From Spirochaetia bacterium (GTDB lineage Bacteria; Spirochaetota; Spirochaetia; DSM-16054; Sediminispirochaetaceae), in assembly GCA_034520965.1 (NCBI GenBank), contig JAXHMY010000003.1:352001-416000 (forward strand): a stretch of DNA of 64,000 bases. Reading direction: 5' to 3'. The notes under the pieces are model-generated. The model ran no database searches and was not told where the DNA came from. It worked only from the letters and a program-made list of their open reading frames with translations. Numbering within the stretch: the first letter of the stretch is position 1; the number at the start of each line of letters is the position of its first letter. This document shows, in pieces, positions 11,141 to 22,535 of this stretch. A program made the position numbers and the translations under genes.

Positions 11141-12181
11141 TTATTCATCTTCTTGAAAGCCTCCCAGCAGCTGTTCAAGATGCTCGGCTTCCACTGTGCT
11201 GCCGGCCACCAGCTCCAAGAACTGACGCTCCAGCAGCTGCAGCTCCTCCCCAGCCCGCTCTGCAAACTTTTCAATACCGATTTTACTGGGGATAGTATCA
11301 AAACGGTTCTTGATCATATTCACACTAATAAAAATCGGCACCCAACGATACATCTCCAAAGTATCCGGCACGGGACGCAGACCGGTTTTTTTCACCGCCC
11401 CCATCCCTTCCCGAATCGCCTTTATCATCAACCGCAACAAATCCCTCCGTGCCGCCAATTGGTCCAGCGTCCCTCCGGCTAATTGCAGAGCCGCTATCAT
11501 CGGCAGTCGCACCAGAGCCTGGCTTAAAAAAACAGCCTCCATCACCCCCGCAGCATGCACGGGAATCCCGGAACCGCGTAACAGCTGATAGGCCGCCTCC
11601 CTGTTCTTAGGATGCGTCGGGTTCTCCGGATTTTCCGAGTTCTCCGGAGCCTTGCCGCGCAGCCGCCCAAGAGTAACTCCCCAGGGCTCGGTATCATCCT
11701 CTCCCCGCTCACAAAACTCCACCACAACTCCCGACTCATCCCGCTCGAGCACCACCGACATCCCGGGAAAACCGAACACCACCCGTTCCTCCCCCAGCTT
11801 CTTAGCCCACTCACTCATCCCTTTTACATAGCTGCCGACCATGAGCACAGGAGGCTCGACCTCCGAGGGGTCTGCAACTTTTTTAATAAGCGGCAGGGCC
11901 GCTTCTACCTGATGTGCCCGCAGCACCACAATCAGCAGATCCAAAGCCCCCACTGCCTCACGGCTCAAACCGGGCTCCTCCGTCCCGGCTCCCACATCCA
12001 GCACCGGCAGCTTTGCCCTCAGCACCTGACCGGTCAGCGCATCCTTCAGCCTCACCCCTTCCCGGGCAATCTGAGCCGCCCGTGTACCACGGTCGAGCAG
12101 CAGCACCTCGTGCCCCCCGGAATCCAATTTATAGCCAAAATAACTGCCCAGGGCCCCTGCCCCGATTATCCCAATACGCAT
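11141..12181 (-). CDS. Ketopantoate reductase (ApbA/PanE) family protein
   Basis: N-terminal IGAGALGS Rossmann motif, DLLIVVLR segment, family-typical length. Confidence 0.75.
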   Translation of the reverse strand: MRIGIIGAGALGSYFGYKLDSGGHEVLLLDRGTRAAQIAREGVRLKDALTGQVLRAKLPVLDVGAGTEEPGLSREAVGALDLLIVVLRAHQVEAALPLIKKVADPSEVEPPVLMVGSYVKGMSEWAKKLGEERVVFGFPGMSVVLERDESGVVVEFCERGEDDTEPWGVTLGRLRGKAPENSENPENPTHPKNREAAYQLLRGSGIPVHAAGVMEAVFLSQALVRLPMIAALQLAGGTLDQLAARRDLLRLMIKAIREGMGAVKKTGLRPVPDTLEMYRWVPIFISVNMIKNRFDTIPSKIGIEKFAERAGEELQLLERQFLELVAGSTVEAEHLEQLLGGFQEDE

Positions 12182-12193
12182 TCCCCTCTCCTT

Positions 12194-12820
12194 CTACCCA
12201 TCTAAATACTTCAAAATAATCCGCCACTCATCCAGCTTATCCTGCCAACGCTTATGGCGCCGGGTTGGAATCGGACTGGTGGAGGGAAGCCGCCGGAACT
12301 CCCGCTCTCTCAGCTCCGGCAGTTCCAAAAGCTCCGTCAGCTTCGACAGCTTCGATTTCTTAGAAAAATCCGCCGCATTCACCGCCTCGCTATACAATTC
12401 CTTCACTGCCCTATAAAAACCCTGCTCCGCTTTCCTCCCGTTAAACACCACCAGGCGGATACTCGGGTACTTTCGCAGCAGCCCCGGTACATCATTCGGT
12501 ATTGCCTCCCGAATCGACTGGTCCAGGCTCCCCTCTCTTCGACAACTATCAAATACATCCCACACCGCAATTCCGGCCTCACACAGCATCGCTGTGCGCC
12601 CCGCATAGCCCCCCGGCATCGGCCGGCCGAGCAGCTCACTCATAATCCTCCAAAAGTGGTTCTGCTGGTGCCCGTAATACTGTCCCAATTCTAAAGATTT
12701 CACACCCGGCATGCTCCCCAAAATAAGCACCCTCGGTTGTTCGCCGATAATCGGAGGAAAGCCGTAAATCATCTCTGCAGAATCTCCCTCAGCCGCCACT
12801 CTGTACCCCCCGCAGCTCAA
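12194..12820 (-). CDS. Uracil-DNA glycosylase superfamily, DNA-deoxyinosine glycosylase-like
   Basis: LILGSMPG, YYGHQQNHFW, GSLD, FNG, LPSTSP motifs; true start probably near 12772. Confidence 0.88.
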   Translation of the reverse strand: MSCGGYRVAAEGDSAEMIYGFPPIIGEQPRVLILGSMPGVKSLELGQYYGHQQNHFWRIMSELLGRPMPGGYAGRTAMLCEAGIAVWDVFDSCRREGSLDQSIREAIPNDVPGLLRKYPSIRLVVFNGRKAEQGFYRAVKELYSEAVNAADFSKKSKLSKLTELLELPELREREFRRLPSTSPIPTRRHKRWQDKLDEWRIILKYLDG

Positions 12821-13658
12821 TCAACCTTTTTCCGGCCGTCATGGCATCCTGTAAAAATTCCCTGTCGTTTTTATGCCCGCTGTGACGTATGGAACACTCC
12901 AGACACAGGGGTTTGCGGTACTCGGCAGCATCAAGAATTCTCATCACCCGCCGCCACTCAATATTCCCCCAAAACGGCGGGAGGTGATCATCCTTGTTGC
13001 CGAGGTTATCATGCAGATGCAAAGCCGCCAGGCGTCTCCCGCCGCCCTTCTCCGCCATTTCAACCACCTGCTCAAGTAAGTCTAATCCGTTCCCGGCCAT
13101 ATTCCCGTGCCCGGAGTCGTAGCAGATTCCCAGAAACTCAGGGGGATACTCCTCACACAAGGCAATCATGGCCTCCATATGCCCTGGGGTCGGCAAATTC
13201 TCAAGGGCAACCCTCACCCCGGCACTCCGCGCATCAGTTTCGAGCTCATCCAGCGATCTGCGGGCAGACTTCTTCCATTCATCCCCCGCTGCAACACGTC
13301 CCTCCGGCAAATGCAACACCACCGCATCTCCCCCCAGCTTCGCGGTCATTTCTATCCGGTTTTTTATCTGTCCTACTCCAGCCCGCCTGCGCAGTTCAAT
13401 CGGTGAACTCCAGTCGGAAAAAATTCCCACCGCCCCATGCAAATCGATCATGTCCAGTCCATGCCTCTCCAACATCTCCCCGATCCTTCGTACTTCCCGC
13501 GGCCGGTAGCGGTGCTCTCCCAGCCACTGATGGCACCAGTGCACGCCGGCAAATCCGGCCTGCCCTATCAGCTGCAAGTAGGGCTCGGGGTTGCCGATGG
13601 AGCGGGCATAGTCGGTGGTGATGGTTAGGTTAGGCATGGGGAAAGGATAAAGCAACAT
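12789..13658 (-). CDS. Sugar phosphate isomerase/epimerase family (AP-endonuclease-2 TIM barrel)
   Basis: VALEN, CYDSGH, LHLHDN..DDHLPP.G, LE motifs. Confidence 0.85.
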   Translation of the reverse strand: MLLYPFPMPNLTITTDYARSIGNPEPYLQLIGQAGFAGVHWCHQWLGEHRYRPREVRRIGEMLERHGLDMIDLHGAVGIFSDWSSPIELRRRAGVGQIKNRIEMTAKLGGDAVVLHLPEGRVAAGDEWKKSARRSLDELETDARSAGVRVALENLPTPGHMEAMIALCEEYPPEFLGICYDSGHGNMAGNGLDLLEQVVEMAEKGGGRRLAALHLHDNLGNKDDHLPPFWGNIEWRRVMRILDAAEYRKPLCLECSIRHSGHKNDREFLQDAMTAGKRLIELRGVQSGG

Positions 13659-13821
13659 CCCCTCCCTGTCAAAACAGTTGTACGAAGCTTGGTGCTATTG
13701 CCGCAGCACTGCAGAAATGCCTTCTCCCACCCACTTCAATTGCGGTTTTACACAAATACATACCTTTATGCTGAACAAAAACCAAATAAAAATAGACAAC
13801 ACCAATCTTCGTGAAACTGAA

Positions 13822-13850
13822 TTGACAAAAGTTGGACAATCGTGTAAATT
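13822..13850 (+). promoter_or_regulatory. sigma70 promoter of tRNA-Leu
   Basis: TTGACA-N17-TAAATT about 20 bp upstream of the tRNA. Confidence 0.65.
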
Positions 13851-13871
13851 TGCACTCGTTCAATTACACAC

Positions 13872-13956
13872 GCTGCAGTGGTGGAATTGGTAGACACGCT
13901 AGCTTGAGGGGCTAGTGGGCATTGCGCTCGTGAAGGTTCAAGTCCTTTCTGCAGCA
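13872..13956 (+). tRNA. tRNA-Leu(GAG)
   Basis: GCTGCAG/CTGCAGC acceptor stem, GGAATTGGTAGAC D arm, CTAGC-TTGAGGG-GCTAG anticodon arm, long variable arm, GGTTCAAGTCC T arm; CCA not encoded. Confidence 0.96.
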
Positions 13957-13987
13957 CTATAATACATTATATTGTAAGAGATTATAG

Positions 13988-14015
13988 ACCACCCTTAAAT
14001 ATAGGGTGGTTTTTT
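13988..14015 (+). terminator. Rho-independent terminator
   Basis: ACCACCCT-TAAATAT-AGGGTGGT followed by T run. Confidence 0.85.
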
Positions 14016-14170
14016 ATTTTGAAAATTGGCATAAGTGTACCAAATTTGTACCATATTCATTATAAAAAGGCCTTATCTACTTAAAAAAGAGGTAACTATT
14101 ATTACTATCGATTACCTGATGAAACCAATTTTCACTCCACAGGGCAAACAACAAAGGCAAAAGCTGAGAA

Positions 14171-14390
14171 ATGGGACGAATGGGAAAGGCGATCAAGGCT
14201 CACCGAGGAAACTTGTCGGATTTTCTGTATACCCTACGTTACCGAAAGAAAGACGGATACGTATTTCCAGGAGAGACGAATGTATTCTATCTCCACGATG
14301 ATAAAGACGAGGTAAGCGGCTTTATCGGTCTCATACGAGACGTGAGCACCCGATTAGAAATTAAAAGAAAGCTTGAGGAGAGCAAGAAGA
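14171..14390 (+). pseudogene. PAS/PAC domain fragment
   Basis: RYRKKDGYVFPGE...GFIGLIRDVSTR is a PAC motif; no intact gene. Confidence 0.55.
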
Positions 14391-14891
14391 ATCTCAGAAT
14401 ACCGCGACGATCAGTTTACCGGATCGCTAAAGACGGTAGTAGGACTCATGGTGCTGAAATATCTCAGCCGCCGGCTCGACGGGGAGGCGGCCCGGAGACT
14501 GGTCGAGACAATGTACAGGGAAGGTCCAGTGCCGCTTTATTTAAGGGAGTTCTACGACAAGTGCTACAGGGTGCTGTCTCAGGTGAAGGAGGAACAGGAG
14601 TACGAGCTGCTTCTTGGCAAACTGGTTAGAGCAGGCTATACTAAAGAGAAGGAGAGAGCGATGACATACGCAGAAGCTGCTGAAAAAAGAGGGATACAAA
14701 GAGGTATGGAAAGGGGAATACAAAAGGGCGAACACAACACCCTTATCCGGCTGCTCGACAGGAAATTCAGCCTCAGCGAGGAGGAGAAAGAGCTGGTCCA
14801 CAACACCGAAAAGCTCGAGAAGATAGAAGCAGCCCTCGACGAGTTAGTCTTCGCCGAGAGGAAAGAACAGGTCCTCGCGCATCTGAAGTAG
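14373..14891 (+). pseudogene. C-terminal fragment of Rpn/YhgA-like (DUF4351-type) protein
   Basis: MTYAEAAEKRGIQRGMERGIQKG repeat, then LIRLLDRKF...IEAALD tail; N-terminus absent. Confidence 0.6.
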
Positions 14892-15020
14892 TAGCCTCCC
14901 CCGCAGGGACACGGGTTGTTACGTCCTACTTTCTGCTGTGTGTGATACTCCTGTAATATAGAAGGATAAAAATACATCCGAACAATTGCAGCTCGGGTTT
15001 ACACAATATTGTTCGAGGAG
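14890..15020 (-). pseudogene. SEC-C motif fragment
   Basis: YCVNPSCNC and KVGRNNPCPCGG in different frames. Confidence 0.45.
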
Positions 15021-15213
15021 TTCTTCAGTTCTGCAATGATGATTCGGGTAGCTGATCGACGGCGGTGAACATTTTCTGCTGACGGTGTGCTTCATCGCTT
15101 GCAGCTTCCCAATATTTCCTGTCCTTTTCTGCAAGCTCAGAATTATTTCCAAATGAGATTTGTATTTTATTACTTCTGTCTATTCCACAATTATGCTTTA
15201 ATCAAATATATTT

Positions 15214-15510
15214 TTATACTTTTGGAAATCTAATGGACATGGATGTCCCGTTGGAAGAGTCTACTGTAAGTTCTCCATCTATCTGTCTGGCAAGAATATT
15301 AACCAAACTGAGCCCAAGGGAACCGGCATTTTCCATAGAGAAGTCTTCAGGCAACCCTTTCCCATTGTCCTCAACAGACAGTGCAATAAACCCATCATCA
15401 ATATTCTTTAGCATAATCAGAATTTTTCCCGTATCCATACCTTCAAAACCATGTTTTTGAGCATTGGTAATCAACTCATTCACAATAATACCACAGGGTA
15501 CTGCTTGAAT
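15214..15510 (-). pseudogene. C-terminal HATPase part of IS-interrupted sensor kinase
   Basis: IIVNELITNAQKHGF, VEDNGKGLP, SLGLSLV; joins in frame to 18109-20196 when the IS is removed. Confidence 0.9.
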
Positions 15511-15703
15511 TGGAAAATCCGGCGCAAACCTGCCACCAATTCCGGATTTAATCTGCCGGGCATTCCGGTTTAAACCTGCCACCCATTCCGGGTTTAAACT
15601 GCCACTTTTTAGATGATTTCCGGAATCATTTACTGCTCTTCAATCGACCTCAAAAATAAGGCATGGTACCACCCTGAGAGCATGATCAACCAGGAGGAGT
15701 ACA

Positions 15704-17256
15704 TTGTCAAAAAAGAGGACGAGTATGAGCAAAATACGGGATATAATGCGGCTTACCGAAGCTTCGTTGAGCCAGCGGCAGATTTCAAACGCACTGAATA
15801 TCTCACGACCGGTAGTTGCAGACACTATTGAGAAAATTCGAGGTGCTGATCTAACCTACACGCAGATAAAATCATTGCCAGACTCTGAGCTGAGCCAGTA
15901 TCTTGCCACAGCCAGAAAGCCTTCCAGTAAATCGATGGAATTAAAGGAACAGTTTCCTTACTATGCAAAGGAGCTGAAAAAAACAGGTGTAACTCTTACG
16001 CATTTATGGGAAGAGTACCTGGCTCAGAATCCGGAGGGTCTTAAGTACACACAGTTTGCTACCATTTTCAGCAGTGGCGCAAGGATGAGAAACTCTCAAT
16101 GCATATCGAGCATAAGGCCGGCGATAAAATGTTTGTAGATTATACCGGGAAGAAGATGGTCCTCACCGATAGAAAAACCGGTAGGACCAGGGAAGTCGAA
16201 GTCTTCGTGGCTATTCTACCGGCAAGCCAACTGACTTATGCTGAAGCTTCCGAAAGTCAAACCCAGGAAGATTTTGTCCGATCAAATGAGCGAGCCCTCC
16301 GCTACATAGGAGGCGTTCCCGCCGCTATTGTTCCCGATAACTTGAAGGCGGGGGTACTCAAGGCAAGTAAATATGAGCCGGACCTTAACCCGATGTTTGC
16401 TGACTTTGCCGAACACTATCGGACAGCGATTCTCCCCGCCAGAGCTCGAAAACCAAAAGACAAAGCCCATGTCGAAAACGCGGTAAAAATTATCTATCAA
16501 CGGGTGTTTGCCCCACTCCGTAGTAAAACCTTTTACACCATCGAAGAGCTCAATTTCGCGATCAAGGACCGGCTCGATGACCATAATAACCGAAAGCTGA
16601 CAAAAATGACAGTTTCTCGGCGTGAACTCTTCGAAGAAGTCGAAAAGAGTGAGCTTATAACCTTGCCAGTCCATCCGTATCCCATCAAACATTTCCAGCC
16701 GAATAGCCTTGTTCAGTTCAATTACCACGTGGAGCTCAAGGAAGACAACAATTACTATAGTGTCCCTTATATTCTGAAGGGACAACGAGTAAAACTCATC
16801 TACGATGAGAGGAGCGTCTCAATATACCATAACAATATCCGCATAGCCCTTCATAAAAGAAGCCGTCGCCGCAGTAAATACACCACAGTGAGAGAGCATA
16901 TGCCAAAGAAACACCGATTTGATGAGAAGTGGAATCCAGAGAAGCTGAAGTGGTGGGCTGGGAATGTTGGCAATGATACTCTGCGGGCGATTACCCATAT
17001 TCTTGAATCCAAATCTCATCCGGAGCAGGCTTATAAATCCTGTATGGGCATACTATCTCAGGCAACAACACATGGTCATGAGATCCTTAATATGGCCTGC
17101 CGAATAGCCTGCAACGCAGAACGGATACACTACGGTTTTATTTCAAAGGAGGTTGAAAAACTTAAAAAACAGTACCAACAGGAGGAGGAGCAGAAACAGT
17201 ACAGTCTGCTTCCCGCCATTCACGAAAATGTTCGTGGTGAAAAATATTATAAGTAG
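15704..17256 (+). CDS. istA: IS21 transposase (frameshift near 16057)
   Basis: HTH, MFVDYTG, VPDNLK, PKDKAHVE DDE motifs; frames join as YTQFCYHFQQW if one T is restored. Confidence 0.92.
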
Positions 17257-17265
17257 GAGACGAAG

Positions 17266-18006
17266 ATGAACAACAATCAAGCAACAATTTCCAAATTGCA
17301 TGACATGCGTATGCATGGTATGGCAAGGGCCTTTCAGACGACTCTTGAAGCGGGAATGCAATCCCAATTTACTCTGGATGAGCTCTTATCACATCTTGTC
17401 GATGCAGAGTGGGATGACCGCCATTTTCGCAAACGTGAGCGGCTTCGTAAAGCAGCAAACTTTCGGTATCAGGCTTCTTTCGAGGAGCTTGATTTCACAC
17501 TTAATCGCAATCTTGATAAAAATCAGATTCTCAGGTTCTCCGACTGCGGATGGGTTAAGGAGCACCGTGATATTCTTATCACAGGACCGACTGGTGTTGG
17601 TAAAAGCTTTATCGGAAGTGCTCTTGGGAACCAGGCCTGCGATCACGGATATAGGGTTTACTACCAGATTGCGGGGCGTTTATTGGGCTCATTGAAAGCG
17701 GCAAAGAAAGACGGATCGTATCTCAAGACTCTACCTAAGATTCTAAAAAATGATGTTCTAATTTTGGAAGACTTCGGCCTCAGCCCTTTTGATGAAGAGG
17801 GCCGTCTGGCTCTACTCGATATTCTGGAAGATCGACACGGGCGTAAATCTACTATCTTCCTCTCTCAGCTTCCCGTTGCTTCATGGCATGGGGTTATCGG
17901 AGACTCTACCATTGCCGATGCCATTATGGATCGAATTGTCTATGATTCCTTCAGAATCGAACTTCAGGGAGAGTCTATTCGAAAGAAAATGTACCGGAAT
18001 AAGTAG
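17266..18006 (+). CDS. istB: IS21 helper ATPase
   Basis: GPTGVGKS Walker A, LILEDFG, ADAIMDR, GESIRK. Confidence 0.95.
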   Translation: MNNNQATISKLHDMRMHGMARAFQTTLEAGMQSQFTLDELLSHLVDAEWDDRHFRKRERLRKAANFRYQASFEELDFTLNRNLDKNQILRFSDCGWVKEHRDILITGPTGVGKSFIGSALGNQACDHGYRVYYQIAGRLLGSLKAAKKDGSYLKTLPKILKNDVLILEDFGLSPFDEEGRLALLDILEDRHGRKSTIFLSQLPVASWHGVIGDSTIADAIMDRIVYDSFRIELQGESIRKKMYRNK

Positions 18007-18108
18007 CACAAACCTGCCACCTCAGGTTATTATATCAGCAGGTCGATTGAGGGACACAAAGTGGCAGGATTGAACCGGAATCAGTGGCAGTTATAACCGG
18101 AATATCCA

Positions 18109-20196
18109 TTGAATAATATCAACAGATACAGGGTCTAAATCAAAATGATACTCGATATCTGTATATCCTTCTATACTATACTTCAGTTGTCCCGCCAAAG
18201 TTTGTATATACTGATCGAGGTCTATTTCAGATAGTTTATCCGATTTATACAGACTCTCATGTACGAGTGCCATAGAATAAATCCGCTTTTGGCTTGCTTG
18301 AAATGCCTCTATTGCTTTTTCTACGCTGTCTACCTCATCTTCCTGGAGTTTCAGAAGGCTTACAATTACATTTAAAATGTTTTTTACTCTGTGGTGAACC
18401 TCGGTGAGTAATGTTTGCTTTTCTTTCACAGCACCTTGAAGCCTAATGTTCGATTCTTCTATCTTCTTCTGATACGCATCGTTATCCATAATGAGGGTAA
18501 GAAAGTTTGCGTATTCCTCTAAAATGTGAATCTCGTGATCAGACCAAGCCGTTGGGGCAGACGAATCAAAACATAGCAAGCCTCGAATTTCATCCCTGAG
18601 GGGTATGGAAACGTCCAGTACCGCATGAGTATTTCCCTCCTTCATAGCCCCCTTCAACGGCTGAATTTTTGAATCATCTTCTACGTTCCCGATTCTGGTT
18701 ACTCTGTTTGTCTGCAGGGAATACAGATATTCTTTTGCAGGTTTTACGTCTGCTTCTAAACCTGTTAAGTCAGGCATATTCTCCGGCTGCACCGAATATT
18801 TTACTGCAAGATTTCCATCTATATCGATTGTAGAGTAGGCGGCCCTATATTGAGGGAATAATGAGTGTAGCTGCTCTATTGCTTCATGGATGATGGGCTC
18901 ATAGCCCTGCCGGGACAAATACTTTGCAGCGAGTTCGTTGAGCAGTTCTTTACTCAGTGTGTTCTCTCGTATAGTCTTTTCGTGTACTTTTCTCTCACTC
19001 ACATCACGTATAATACCTACATATCCAACAACATTCTTTCTCTTATCATAAAGATTCAGTGCAGTTAATTCCGCCGAAAATACTCTTCCATCTTTTTTCC
19101 TGAAAGATAACTCTAAAGCAGTAGTATTGTTGAGGTCTTTTGTATGTAAAAGCTCATTCCCTGCTTTTTCATAGTAATTAAATGATTCATATAATATTTC
19201 AGTACTCTCACCCGTCAATTCTGAAGGATCATAGCCAAACATCCTTTTTAGCGCCCGTTGGTTGATATCTACGATCGTTCTTTCACTATCTGTTACTACT
19301 ATTACATCTCTGATGCTGTTGAACAGGTTTTCATATCTCTCCTGCTGTTGTTTTGATCTCTCGGATACTGAAGAAAACTTCCGGGCAAACAAAACGATAC
19401 TTATAACTACAAGAATCGCTATGAAAAGTGTAATTAGAGAAAAAAGAAGATATTCATCTCGGTATGCCTTACTCCATCCCCCCAGAGGTATGGCAGCTAC
19501 AGACCATGACTCGTGTGCTATTGAAATGGGTATAATTATCGGGTTCTCTCTAAAAACTGAACTCTCACCCCATACTATTCTATCCTCTGAATCTTTTAGG
19601 GCTATGAGGAGATTCGCTGTTTTATCCAATCCGCTCTCCTCATATATATGCGGCATATCGATTACTATTGTCACTAATCCCCAAAACGTATCATCCTCGA
19701 AAACCGCTTTTCTTGCGATTATCCCCTCTCCGCCTTGCCTGAGTTCATAGGGACCACTTATCTCAATTTCTCCGCTTTCTATTGTCTTTTGGATGTCTTT
19801 CCTGACCTCCTCTCGTGAATCCTGCAACAGGTTATGCCCTTCAACTACTTCATTTCTTGTGTGAGGATATACATATTTTTGTATACCCTCAGGGGCTATC
19901 GACAGATTGCGAATACCATTTTTTATGGTATAGATGTCTTTTGCGTATGAGCCGAAGTGCGTACGTATTTCATCTTCATTAAGAGTGTGGGCGAAGCTAT
20001 AAAGTCCTTCGAGTAATGCAAATCGCTCTTTTAAGGGTGAACAAAACGACTGTGCGTACGGCAAGGTTTTATTCTTTATACCAAGCCTTACCTCCTCTTT
20101 AACACGGGAGTAATGCCAGTTGTTTATAATGACCCAACCGCTTAAAGCAACAATAATGACCGCCACAATAAACAGGACAAATTTTCTACTCATCAT
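18109..20196 (-). pseudogene. CHASE-PAS-GAF-HisKA_2 sensor kinase, N-terminal part, interrupted by IS21
   Basis: Two TM segments around CHASE-like APEG..YVYP..NE..GPYELRQGG; PAS/PAC; GAF-like segment; EVHHRVKN H-box. Confidence 0.85.
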
Positions 20197-20569
20197 AACC
20201 TCTCACCCGGGCAGTTATTTTTTCACATAATGCTCTTAGCTCATCCGGATTTACCGGTTTTGCCAGATAATAATCAAATAATGAATTGATCTCTTCCTCA
20301 TCGAATACCGACTGATCATATGCACTCATGTATACCAGAACAATGTGAGGGGTAGTATTTTTTCTTATATTACGTGCGAGCTCAACCCCATCAATTTCAC
20401 CCTTGACCTTGATATCAAGAAACACAATATCCGGGCTGTTTTCATCTACCATCTCAAGCGCTTCAGCTCCTTCTGAGGCCTCGAATAAATTTTCGTATCC
20501 CATTTTCATCATATTTCTTTTAATAAACATTCGTATCAAAATGTCGTCTTCTACCAGTAGCACCTTCAT
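20186..20569 (-). CDS. Single-domain response regulator
   Basis: VLLVEDD, FLDI, YMSAY, KP receiver motifs. Confidence 0.9.
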   Translation of the reverse strand: MKVLLVEDDILIRMFIKRNMMKMGYENLFEASEGAEALEMVDENSPDIVFLDIKVKGEIDGVELARNIRKNTTPHIVLVYMSAYDQSVFDEEEINSLFDYYLAKPVNPDELRALCEKITARVRGYDE

Positions 20570-20626
20570 ATCATTGCCCCATTTTCTGTTTCGCCGTCTA
20601 CAATACTTTTCCATAATACATAAAAT

Positions 20627-21907
20627 TTAGAATAAAACGACATCACCTTCAAAATCTTCACTTTGCGATGAGGTACCTTCTGAGTTGTTATCTTGTGGTC
20701 TTTCATATCCAAACTCATCATGCTCTTCATCGGTAGTAAAGTAACGAGCGGCTCTCTCTACCATTGTCTCTTTGATGCTCTCTTGTTCATTTTTACTTAC
20801 TTTATAATAGATAGAGGCAGTCTTCCGGGCTTCCTGTCCCATTTCATCGAGAAACTGTATGAGGTGCGTAATGATTTGTTGAATACGGTCTTGATACTGG
20901 AGCTCCTTTGCCATCCCATCTACATTCTCATGAATCTCTGATGAAAGATTGCTGGAAGAACTAACGACTGCCGAAAGACTGTCAATTTGCGGAGCAAGTT
21001 TTTCAATTAGAATCGAATGCATATCTCCGCTCTTTTTAAGACTCTTCACCGCCGAGCCAATTCTCTCTTCATACAGACTGATTGAGCTGCTGATCGCCTT
21101 ACTTGCCTCTGCAATCGTTGAGGTAATCTGCTCTGCGATACTCATTGTCGTTTTTGACAGCTCCTGTATTTCATTACCGATAACTGCAAAGCCCTTCCCC
21201 AACTCCCCTGCACGAGCAGCTTCTATCGAGGCGTTTATTGCCAAAATGTTCGTCCTGTCGGCAATATCATCTATAGAAACAGTGAACTCCTCGACGGACT
21301 TCATGTACGACTCTATGGTTTTCATCTCTTTGGAATATCCATCTCGTATCCCGGTAAACTCCTCTATGAGTACTGTGATCTTCTCTTGTTCTTCCTCTAT
21401 AAGCTGTACATCGTTTTTCAGCCCCTCTTCATCAGCAGACAGCCCTCCTATGACCTTTTGAATCGTTGCATTGAGCTCTTCACTCAACTCCAGGATGCGA
21501 TATACCCTATTGGTAAGATCCAATGTTGCATCTTCGGTCTTCTCTTTCACAATAGAAGTGAGTCTTCTTCCGATCTCCCCTCCAGTCGAGACACAATGGC
21601 ACTGGCGGCTCAATGCCTCTATTGCAGATGAGCTATCTGATTGTTCCTGATTTTGCTCTCTGCTTCTCTCTTCAACCTGCCGCTTTTCATCCTCTATAGC
21701 TTCGTATTTTTCTCGCAAAACGCGGTTTTCCTCTCGTAGCTCTTTTAACTCCCCATTCAACTTCGACTGTTTTTTATTTGAATATATCACCCCTATGATA
21801 CCCACCAACGATGCAAAAATGAGTATGAAGGACGAGAGTAGGGAGCTAAAGAATATAAGTGAGGTTCCTGTACATATGAGAAAAGCGGCGATTATCGTTA
21901 TATACAT
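20627..21907 (-). CDS. Methyl-accepting chemotaxis protein
   Basis: [25 protein letters not shown] hairpin, LQYQDRI.Q, C-terminal GDVVLF. Confidence 0.92.
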   Translation of the reverse strand: MYITIIAAFLICTGTSLIFFSSLLSSFILIFASLVGIIGVIYSNKKQSKLNGELKELREENRVLREKYEAIEDEKRQVEERSREQNQEQSDSSSAIEALSRQCHCVSTGGEIGRRLTSIVKEKTEDATLDLTNRVYRILELSEELNATIQKVIGGLSADEEGLKNDVQLIEEEQEKITVLIEEFTGIRDGYSKEMKTIESYMKSVEEFTVSIDDIADRTNILAINASIEAARAGELGKGFAVIGNEIQELSKTTMSIAEQITSTIAEASKAISSSISLYEERIGSAVKSLKKSGDMHSILIEKLAPQIDSLSAVVSSSSNLSSEIHENVDGMAKELQYQDRIQQIITHLIQFLDEMGQEARKTASIYYKVSKNEQESIKETMVERAARYFTTDEEHDEFGYERPQDNNSEGTSSQSEDFEGDVVLF

Positions 21908-21932
21908 GACAACTATTCCTTAATATGAGAAA

Positions 21933-21965
21933 AGGCGGAGAACTCTCTGGAGAAGTCCCCCGCCT
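21933..21965 (-). terminator. Hairpin downstream of cheW copy 1
   Basis: AGGCGGGGGACTTCT...AGAGTTCTCCGCCT-TTT on minus strand; related hairpins follow the other cheW copies. Confidence 0.6.
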
Positions 21966-21984
21966 ATTGGGTTATGTGAATAGT

Positions 21985-22497
21985 CTAATTCACTCCTGCT
22001 TGAATACTCTCTATCTCTTCTTTCCCCACAAGCTTTTCCATATCGAGCAATATAATGACCTGATCGTCTATTTTACCCAAACCGGCAATGTACTTGTTCT
22101 TCTCCCCGCTTTCCTGAAAACTCGGCGGAGGGTCAATGTTCTTCTCGGGAATATCCTGCACCTCCGTGGCCGTGTCTACTATAAAGCCTATAGAGAAGTC
22201 TTTGATCTTTACCACAGTAATTACCGTGCGGTCGTCGTACTCCTTCGACTCCAGTCCAAAACGAAGCCGCATATCGATTACCGGTATTACGTTGCCCCGC
22301 AGATTGATAACCCCCTTTACATATTCTGGCATATCCGGCACTTCCGTTATCTTCTGCAGCTCTATTATGTCGGTCACGTGCTGGATATCGATCCCATAGT
22401 ACTCGTTGCCGATTCTGCACATGAGAAACTTGTTCTCCTGTATCTCGTCGTCGGTCTCGTCAAAAAAATCACTGTCCTGCATTTCATTTTTGCTCAT
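21985..22497 (-). CDS. cheW: Chemotaxis coupling protein CheW (copy 1)
   Basis: YGIDI..V.DII, VKGVINLRGNVIPVID, GFIVD. Confidence 0.95.
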   Translation of the reverse strand: MSKNEMQDSDFFDETDDEIQENKFLMCRIGNEYYGIDIQHVTDIIELQKITEVPDMPEYVKGVINLRGNVIPVIDMRLRFGLESKEYDDRTVITVVKIKDFSIGFIVDTATEVQDIPEKNIDPPPSFQESGEKNKYIAGLGKIDDQVIILLDMEKLVGKEEIESIQAGVN

Positions 22498-22535
22498 ATC
22501 TGCCTCCAGTGTCCCTCTTCTTTGTTAAAATCATC

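Larger units (their letters stand above)
15511..18108 (+). mobile_element. IS21-family insertion sequence
   Basis: TG...CA ends (TGGAAAATCCGG / CCGGAATATCCA), repeated subterminal CTGCCAC...TTCCGG motifs, istA+istB, flanking 6-bp duplication TTGAAT (15505-15510, 18109-18114). Confidence 0.95.

Noticed and set aside
9242..13628. Many overlapping alternative-frame ORFs in the GC-rich block
   Set aside because: Shadow ORFs of recognisable genes; Pro/Arg/His-rich, no motifs
13766..13957. Small ORFs around 13669-13957
   Set aside because: Overlap the tRNA-Leu gene and its promoter
16040..16100. Programmed frameshift in istA
   Set aside because: No evident slippery site; one missing T in a T run explains it, as with other indels here
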